A DNA stretch of 64,000 bases. Origin: an uncultured Atopobium sp. (GTDB taxonomy: Bacteria; Actinomycetota; Coriobacteriia; Coriobacteriales; Atopobiaceae). The stretch spans positions 3,500-67,499 of the forward strand of contig CALGXY010000105.1 in assembly GCA_937935155.1 (NCBI GenBank), written 5' to 3'. Below the pieces are notes generated by a model. That model did not search any database, was not told the origin of the DNA, and saw only the letters and a program-made list of their open reading frames with translations. Positions 57,975 through 64,000 of the stretch are shown here, piece after piece; positions within the stretch are counted from its first letter, which is position 1; each line of letters begins with the position of its first letter. Made by a program: the position numbers and the translations under genes.

Positions 57975-58784
57975 ATGCAGGCTAATCTGCAGGAGCTAAA
58001 AGAGACCTATTCGCGGCAGACGTATAGTGTGTTTTCGATCAACCGCCAACAGAAGATTGCTGACTCCCAAGTTACCTTTTCGCTTGCTCATTCTGTTTTC
58101 ATCATTCCTGTTTTTGGAGCTGCCGAGATTACTATTGGTGGAAATGAATTTGTCTGCGAAGGAACTACGGTTGTACATGTTCCTGCAGGTCAGACAGTAA
58201 CATATCGAACCCTTTACGGACGCTCGTTTGACCATGTAAACATCTACTATGATGGCATTCAGGGCGATGTCACCAGCCCAATCTTCAATGCCTATGCATT
58301 TGATCCTCAAGGATTCGACCGCATTCTTGATAAGGTGCTTGACCTGGAAAAACTTAACACCACCCCATCGCTGGACAATCGTGTTGCTCAGATTGTCAAT
58401 GGCACCGAGCTCATCAAGTCTATGTTCCTACTCACCAACAGCCAAAAGGTTCAGGAGAGCATGGCCGAGGCTCGCACGTATATTGAGCTCCACTTTGCAG
58501 ATCCAATTACCATCCCTGGCCTGGCTAAACGTTGCGGAATGAGCACTCAACGCTTCTCCAACAATTTTGTCCAAACATTTGGCGTTCGCCCAATGACATT
58601 CATTATTGCAAAGCGTCTTGATCATGCTCAACAGCTACTTCAATCTGGTCTTTCTGTGCGAGAGACTTCCGAGGCGGTTGGCTATAGCGATCCGTTCTAT
58701 TTCAGCAGACTATATAAGAAGCACATGGGCGTCACGCCTCAGGATGTTCATGACAGCTATGAAGGAAACGTCCTGATTAAGTAG
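57975..58784 (+). CDS. AraC family transcriptional regulator
   Basis: Cupin-like N-domain; LSVRETSEAVGYSDPFYFSRLYKKHMGVTP. Confidence 0.94.
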   Translation: MQANLQELKETYSRQTYSVFSINRQQKIADSQVTFSLAHSVFIIPVFGAAEITIGGNEFVCEGTTVVHVPAGQTVTYRTLYGRSFDHVNIYYDGIQGDVTSPIFNAYAFDPQGFDRILDKVLDLEKLNTTPSLDNRVAQIVNGTELIKSMFLLTNSQKVQESMAEARTYIELHFADPITIPGLAKRCGMSTQRFSNNFVQTFGVRPMTFIIAKRLDHAQQLLQSGLSVRETSEAVGYSDPFYFSRLYKKHMGVTPQDVHDSYEGNVLIK

Positions 58785-58872
58785 CTGTCGTTTAAGACTG
58801 CCTGTTGCTACTTGCAGAAATTACTTGCCCAATTACTTGTGGCAAAGCTGGTCGCAGGTTTTATTGCAAATC

Positions 58873-58906
58873 AAAGGGTTAGAACGTTCCGCTCTGACCC
58901 TTTTTT
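58873..58906 (+). terminator. Intrinsic terminator downstream of araC-family gene
   Basis: AAAGGGTTAGA...TCTGACCCTTTTTT. Confidence 0.8.
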
Positions 58907-58924
58907 GCATAATCCGGTTGTAAT

Positions 58925-59124
58925 ATTCATTTCCATGAATACGTAATTTTTGCGCTCAAAATTATGTGCCGAAAAAGGTAAAAAATGCGTTTAGTTGGAA
59001 ATGAAAATTGAAAATTAGACGTTTTATCTCCAACTAAGACGATTTTTTACCGCCTCAAAAACTTTTATCTGGGCAAACGTTGTATGCAGAAAAATGAAAT
59101 CTCCAACTAAACGCATTTTTTACC
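58925..59124. repeat. Mosaic intergenic repeat element, copy 3 (different 23-mer, same layout)
   Basis: ATTCA-N6-TGAAT at 58925-58940; perfect 23-bp inverted repeat 58977-58999/59102-59124 plus a degenerate copy at 59029-59051. Confidence 0.85.
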
Positions 59125-59245
59125 ACTTGGAGACTTATTCGAGTGATTCGCGAAGGATCTCTGCATCCACCGCCCCCCCTATCAGCCGTCTATTGCCATT
59201 CTTCGAGCAACTCTTGCACGGAGCCAGTGCAGTTTCGCAGCACAA

Positions 59246-59277
59246 AAAATCCCAGCACCGCTAGGTGCTGGGATTTT
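59246..59277 (-). terminator. Intrinsic terminator downstream of kdgT
   Basis: AAAATCCCAGCACC-GCTA-GGTGCTGGGATTTT. Confidence 0.9.
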
Positions 59278-59299
59278 ACACTTGAAACTTTAAGGGCAA

Positions 59300-60295
59300 T
59301 TAAGCAGACTCAACAACTTCCTCTGAAGTGTTGTCCTTCTTAGCAAAGTGCTCAGCAACATAACCAGTAATCAAAGGAGTCAGGATTGCAGTAACGATAA
59401 CTGCAGCTGCTACCTGTGCATTTGCTGTTGCAAGAGCAGCGCCGCCATACAGGGCTGGGTTTGCCTCTGCCATAGCAGCAGGTGTAAGTGCATTTGCACC
59501 TGCGCAGGAAGAAATAGCAACACCAGCAATACCAGTTCCGCCAGTTGCGCGATCAACAAAGTAGTTGATAAAGCCACCGCAGACGGAGCAGATAACGCCA
59601 AGCAGAATACCTGCAGGACCAGCCATAATGAGAGAATCAAACTTCATGGTTGTGCCCATAGCAAAGAAGGTCATGACAATAATTGCTGGCAGAGCGCTTG
59701 TGAGCATCTTCTTCATAGATGGGAAGCAGTTGCCAAGCAGAATACCCAGGATAATTGGGAGAACTGCACCAAGCAAAGACCAGTTAATTGGAGACTGACC
59801 AGTTGCGCCAAGAGCAAGCATGGTAACTGGAGGGCCAACGACCAGCGTAGTAATTGCGACTGCGCCCTGCTCATACTCGTTACCATAATCAGCCATCAGT
59901 CCTGCATACATGGAGTTGTTTGCACCAGAGCAAGCAGCAAGGATGACCATGGAAGAAAGGCCAAGCAGGTTGTCGTTCAGGAAGAATAGAACTGCAAGAC
60001 CAAGAGCAACGCAGAACACAACCTTAGAGATGATGATGATAGCGCCACGAAGAGCAGCCTTTGGTGCACTCTTAAACGAAATAGTTGCACCAACACACAA
60101 CATGAAAGCACCAACCAGAGCAGCAGTACCCTTAACGGTCATAGCTGCAGAAAAGCTACCAAGCGTTGGGAATACATCTGGGAAAAATGTGTTCATGAAA
60201 ACGCCAAGAAGCAGTGGTACCAGGATGTTTGCGCCTGGAATGCGACCCAGTGCCTTAAATGGGTGCTGAAGAGAAATTGGTTCTTTTGTAGCCAT
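59300..60295 (-). CDS. kdgT: 2-keto-3-deoxygluconate permease family transporter
   Basis: RIPGANILVPLLLG, NSMYAGL..YG, SSCAGANALTPA, TAILTP. Confidence 0.88.
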   Translation of the reverse strand: MATKEPISLQHPFKALGRIPGANILVPLLLGVFMNTFFPDVFPTLGSFSAAMTVKGTAALVGAFMLCVGATISFKSAPKAALRGAIIIISKVVFCVALGLAVLFFLNDNLLGLSSMVILAACSGANNSMYAGLMADYGNEYEQGAVAITTLVVGPPVTMLALGATGQSPINWSLLGAVLPIILGILLGNCFPSMKKMLTSALPAIIVMTFFAMGTTMKFDSLIMAGPAGILLGVICSVCGGFINYFVDRATGGTGIAGVAISSCAGANALTPAAMAEANPALYGGAALATANAQVAAAVIVTAILTPLITGYVAEHFAKKDNTSEEVVESA

Positions 60296-60305
60296 CAACA
60301 ATCAC

Positions 60306-61058
60306 CTAATCCATTACGATGCCGCCGTCGCAGTCGCCAACCTCACCGTTGACAAAGCTAGCAGCGTCGGAAGCAAAGAACAGTACCATCTGTGCAGGCT
60401 CAGATGCCTGTGCAGGACGGCCGAGAGGAATAATGCCTACGACCTTCTTGTACTTCTCCTCATCGTTGGAGAGTGCAGTGGTCATATCTGTAATGGTGAA
60501 GGATGGGCAAACAGCGTTACAAGAAATGCCGTACTTGCCGCCCTCTTTAGCGATAGCCTTGGTAAAGCCGTTCATACCAGCCTTAGAAGATGCGTAAGCA
60601 ACAGTACCAAGGAGGCCGCCGCCAATCTTGCCTGCAACGGAAGAAACGTTAACAATGCGAGCGCCGCCACGGTCAATAAAGTGCTGCCAGAGAGCGTGAG
60701 TTACGTTGTAGGTACCAGTGAGGTTGGTGTTGATGGTGTTGTTCCACTCTTTGTCGTCAACCTCGGTGAAAGGAACGGAGCTGATGCGACCAGCGCAGTT
60801 GATAAGAACGTTGACGTCGCCGCACTCCTCAAGAATCTGAGCAACGGTCTTCTTGACGCCCTCTGCGTCTGCAATGTCCATTGTGTAGAAGAAGTTACCC
60901 TCGCCAAGCTCCTCGACAAACTTGCGACCAGTGTCCTCGTGACGAGAGCAAACGATTACGTGTCCACCTCCAGCAACAATACCCTTGGAGATCTCAGCGC
61001 CAATACCAGCGCTTCCGCCTGTAACCAGAACCAGCTTACCTGTAAAATCGAATGCCAT
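60306..61058 (-). CDS. SDR family NAD(P)-dependent oxidoreductase
   Basis: TGGSAGIG, INCAG, NVSS, YASSK. Confidence 0.94.
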   Translation of the reverse strand: MAFDFTGKLVLVTGGSAGIGAEISKGIVAGGGHVIVCSRHEDTGRKFVEELGEGNFFYTMDIADAEGVKKTVAQILEECGDVNVLINCAGRISSVPFTEVDDKEWNNTINTNLTGTYNVTHALWQHFIDRGGARIVNVSSVAGKIGGGLLGTVAYASSKAGMNGFTKAIAKEGGKYGISCNAVCPSFTITDMTTALSNDEEKYKKVVGIIPLGRPAQASEPAQMVLFFASDAASFVNGEVGDCDGGIVMD

Positions 61059-61287
61059 GCTCTCTCCTTTTTTAACGAGCACAAACCATTAGGAAACAAA
61101 ATAAATTCTAGCCATATTCACATAATTTGCTATAGAAAAATTATTTTTGTTTCACAAATCCTATGGTAAATAAGCCAAAGGAAAATAATTTGCTTAAAAT
61201 GCGACATAAATGACACATTAAATTTCATGTTCAATCTTTTGGACATTTGTCTGCAAATCTAACCCTTTTTCTTTCCTCGTAAATCTC

Positions 61288-61311
61288 AAAAGTTAGACAA
61301 AGCTAACTTTT
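61288..61311. promoter_or_regulatory. DtxR/MntR-family (TroR/ScaR-like) operator
   Basis: AAAAGTTAG-ACAAAG-CTAACTTTT perfect palindrome upstream of a Mn/Fe ABC operon. Confidence 0.8.
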
Positions 61312-61439
61312 AGGAATACAATAGGGAGAGAAACCCGTTGAGCTCGTAGCTCCAAACACCTAACTCTTGGCTTCACGCTATCAGTTTCTTGCTTTCAGTC
61401 CCGTAGCTACCTGCTCTTATCTCTTTGAAGGAAGTCGCC

Positions 61440-62498
61440 ATGAAACATCGCTGCACACATAACTCAGTAGCTGCAAGTCTGCAACCGCGCACGAATCCGC
61501 GCCCAAACGCTGACTCACAGCCTCACTCCACCTGCAACCCTCTCCTATCCCGCAGGTCAGCGCTCACCTTGCTTGGCGCAAGCTCTGCGGCTACCATCGC
61601 TTCTCTCGCCGCATGTAGTCCACGCGATTCTGCTGTTAGCGCAGACGCCGCGCAAAACCAGAACTCTTCGGCTCCCCTCGTCTTGACCACCTTCACCGTC
61701 ATTCAAGACATGGCTTCTCGCGTTGCGGGCGAGTTTTGCCAGATAGAATCCATCACCAAAGCCGGTGCCGAAATCCACGACTACGAACCCACGCCCGACG
61801 ACCTTAAACGCGCGCAAAAAGCCCAGCTTATCCTCAACAATGGTTTGGGGCTTGAGCGCTGGTTTGAGCGCTTTGTTGCCGACTCGTCAGCACAGCGCGC
61901 TGACCTCAGCGAAGGCATCACCGTCATCCCCATCGCCGAGGGTGACTACCAGGGTCAGGCCAATCCGCATGCGTGGATGTCGCCCGCAAACGGCAAGATC
62001 TATGTCGAGAATATTGTCCGCGCGCTCAGCAACCTTGTCCCTGACCACGCCAAAGACTTCGAAGCCAACGGCGACGCATACAAAAAGGAGCTCGACAACA
62101 TCTCCTCTCACCTGATTGAGGAGCTTAGCACCCTGCCGGAGAGCCAGCGCACGCTTGTGACCTGCGAGGGAGCGTTCTCGTACCTGTGCCGCGACACCAA
62201 CATGAAGGAGCTCTACCTCTGGGCCGTTAACGCCGCTGATGAAGGCACTCCGCAGCAGATTGCCAAGGTTGTCGAAGCTGTAAAAGCCCAGCAAATCCCC
62301 GCAGTATTCTGCGAATCCACGGTAAGCCCCAAGGCAATGCAACAGGTAGCCGACGAGACGGGCGCTGTCCTCAAAACTGACGAGAAGAACATCTTGTACG
62401 TAGACTCCCTCTCGGAAGCCGACGGCCCCGTTCCCACCTATCTTGACCTGCTGCAACACGACGCAGACGCAATCGTATCTGGTCTCATGGGAAGGTAA
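61440..62498 (+). CDS. Mn/Fe ABC transporter substrate-binding lipoprotein (SitA/MntA type)
   Basis: SRRS..LAAC signal; EIHDYEPTP, NPHAWMSP, TCEGAFSYL, YVDSL. Confidence 0.93.
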   Translation: MKHRCTHNSVAASLQPRTNPRPNADSQPHSTCNPLLSRRSALTLLGASSAATIASLAACSPRDSAVSADAAQNQNSSAPLVLTTFTVIQDMASRVAGEFCQIESITKAGAEIHDYEPTPDDLKRAQKAQLILNNGLGLERWFERFVADSSAQRADLSEGITVIPIAEGDYQGQANPHAWMSPANGKIYVENIVRALSNLVPDHAKDFEANGDAYKKELDNISSHLIEELSTLPESQRTLVTCEGAFSYLCRDTNMKELYLWAVNAADEGTPQQIAKVVEAVKAQQIPAVFCESTVSPKAMQQVADETGAVLKTDEKNILYVDSLSEADGPVPTYLDLLQHDADAIVSGLMGR

Positions 62499-62505
62499 TT
62501 GTTCG

Positions 62506-63258
62506 ATGAATCTTTGTGTTTCGCAACTTTGTGCCTGGTACGAGAAAAAAGACCGCGAGAAACCCATCATTTATGACGTGAATTTCTCGCTTTCAACAGG
62601 AGATCTTTGCGCACTTGTTGGCGTCAATGGCGCCGGAAAATCTACGCTCTTCAAAGCATTGATGGACACCATCGCATGGGAGGGGTCACTTACTTGGGGT
62701 CAGCAACCTCTTTCACAGGCGCGCAAGCAGGGCAAAGTAGCCTACGTTCCTCAAACGGAGGCAATTGACGCGACGTTTCCGCTGCTCGTAAAAGACGTTG
62801 TTATGCAGGGAAGATATGTTCATCAGGGTTGGATGCGCATACCTTCCGCTCAGGACAAAGAGCTGGTTGCCCAGGCGCTTGAACGCGTTAACCTGGCCGA
62901 CCTTGCAGATCGTCCACTTGCCCAACTCTCGGGCGGACAAAGAAAGCGTGTTTTTGTGGCACGCGGAATAGCGCAAGCTGCTGAGCTGGTATTTCTCGAC
63001 GAACCGTTTGCGGGAGTAGACGCTCGCTCTGAGGCTATCATCACCGAACAGCTCAATAACCTCAGCAAAGAAGGCAAAACATTGCTCGTTTCAATTCACG
63101 ACATCAATTTGGCTCAGCAAAAATTCCCGCTCTGCCTGGTCATCAATAAAACCATAACCGCACAGGGCTCTTCAAAAGAAATTCTTTCTGGAGATGCCCT
63201 CCTGCAGAACCTTGGTATTTCCGAAGATACCCACATTGAGGAGGTGCTCCATGCCTGA
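62506..63258 (+). CDS. Metal ABC transporter ATP-binding protein
   Basis: GVNGAGKST, LSGGQRKRVFVAR, LDEPFAGVD. Confidence 0.94.
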   Translation: MNLCVSQLCAWYEKKDREKPIIYDVNFSLSTGDLCALVGVNGAGKSTLFKALMDTIAWEGSLTWGQQPLSQARKQGKVAYVPQTEAIDATFPLLVKDVVMQGRYVHQGWMRIPSAQDKELVAQALERVNLADLADRPLAQLSGGQRKRVFVARGIAQAAELVFLDEPFAGVDARSEAIITEQLNNLSKEGKTLLVSIHDINLAQQKFPLCLVINKTITAQGSSKEILSGDALLQNLGISEDTHIEEVLHA

Positions 63259-64000
63259 GGTAGACATTCTCCAATACGCATTCATGCAGCGAGCCCTCAT
63301 CACCGGAATTGCAACCGCCATAGTCTGCGGGCTTTTGAGCTGCTGGATCACACACATGGGATGGTCGCTTATGGGCGACGCCATCTCGCATTCTATTCTC
63401 CCGGGCGTGGTCATTGCTCACCTGCTGGGGCTTCCCTATCTGGTAGGAGCACTGGTATTTGCTCTCATTACCGTGGTGTTGGTCGGACAAGTCAAAAAGA
63501 GCCAAATTGTGCGCCCCGATACTGCTATCGGCATTGTATTTACAACGTTTTTTGCACTAGGAACAGTTCTCATATCCAAGGTTCCAAGCCAAATTAACCT
63601 CTCACACATACTCTTTGGAAACCTTTTGGGGGTCACTACTCCCGACATGCTGCAAGTTCTTTGTATTGGCCTTCCCATTGCAATCCTGCTCATCCTTAAA
63701 AACAAGGACCTGACCTTGCTTTCATTTGATCCCACGCAGGTTCAAGCAATCGGTCTTTCTACTAAAACACTCACTTCATTCTTGCTTGTTGCCCTAGCCC
63801 TCGCAATTGTCATATCGCTCCAGGCAGTTGGCGTCATTTTGTCAGTCTCGCTGCTTATTGTTCCGGGTGCCTGCGCAAGGCTTCTTACCAATCAGATGCG
63901 GCATATGCTCTGGATTTCTCCGCTTATTGCCACGATTAGCGTTTTGATTGGAATAACAGGCAGTTATTACTTAGACGCCTCTTCTGGAGGAATGATTGGA
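63251..64000 (+). CDS. Metal ABC transporter permease (3' truncated by window)
   Basis: MPEVDILQYAFMQRAL..., WSLMGDAISHSILPG, SFDP, LQAVG; absent from the ORF track because no stop falls in the window. Confidence 0.92.
   Translation, partial: MPEVDILQYAFMQRALITGIATAIVCGLLSCWITHMGWSLMGDAISHSILPGVVIAHLLGLPYLVGALVFALITVVLVGQVKKSQIVRPDTAIGIVFTTFFALGTVLISKVPSQINLSHILFGNLLGVTTPDMLQVLCIGLPIAILLILKNKDLTLLSFDPTQVQAIGLSTKTLTSFLLVALALAIVISLQAVGVILSVSLLIVPGACARLLTNQMRHMLWISPLIATISVLIGITGSYYLDASSGGMIG

Larger units (their letters stand above)
1781..62565. repeat. Dispersed over-represented motif (TG)GCGAGAAACCC
   Basis: Exact 11-mer on + at 1781, 30300, 46856, 50112, 62555 and on - at 22018, 39460, 40632, 53316, 56215. 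Confidence 0.9.

Noticed and set aside
1781..62565. GCGAGAAACCC as a Chi/KOPS site or a simple codon artefact
   Set aside because: A 5:5 strand split in one 64 kb stretch argues against polarised motifs, and intergenic copies plus multiple reading frames argue against a peptide cause. Provisional until genome-wide counts are done.

Overview
A 64 kb chromosomal window from a host-associated anaerobe. The gene content (ettA, YebC, ddl-like/PLP-aminotransferase pair, RR-type lipoproteins) and moderate GC suggest Coriobacteriia, probably Atopobiaceae; this is inference only. It carries about 55 CDS: an L-ascorbate-type PTS catabolic operon with tal and split tkt but no ulaD in view, a fructose PTS, housekeeping and metal-homeostasis genes, and cell-envelope genes (GH25, MORN-OatA, a YidC/glycerophosphotransferase fusion next to a sulfatase-like protein). 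I found no rRNA, tRNA, CRISPR array, integrase or transposase. Five unexplained signals stand out. (1) An 11-mer, GCGAGAAACCC, occurs 10 times exactly, 5 per strand, in both genes and spacers, behaving like a DNA-uptake-type sequence. (2) A ~155 nt strongly structured, plus-strand RNA-like element sits in an AT-rich XRE/prepilin-peptidase locus. (3) Three mosaic intergenic elements are built from 23-bp inverted/direct repeats next to an ATTCA-N6-TGAAT box. (4) A YidC-TagF-like fusion is paired with a YxDP-motif sulfatase. (5) Some gene 3' ends are tandemly re-copied. All calls come from manual reading and motif recognition with no database searches; counts are manual lower bounds.
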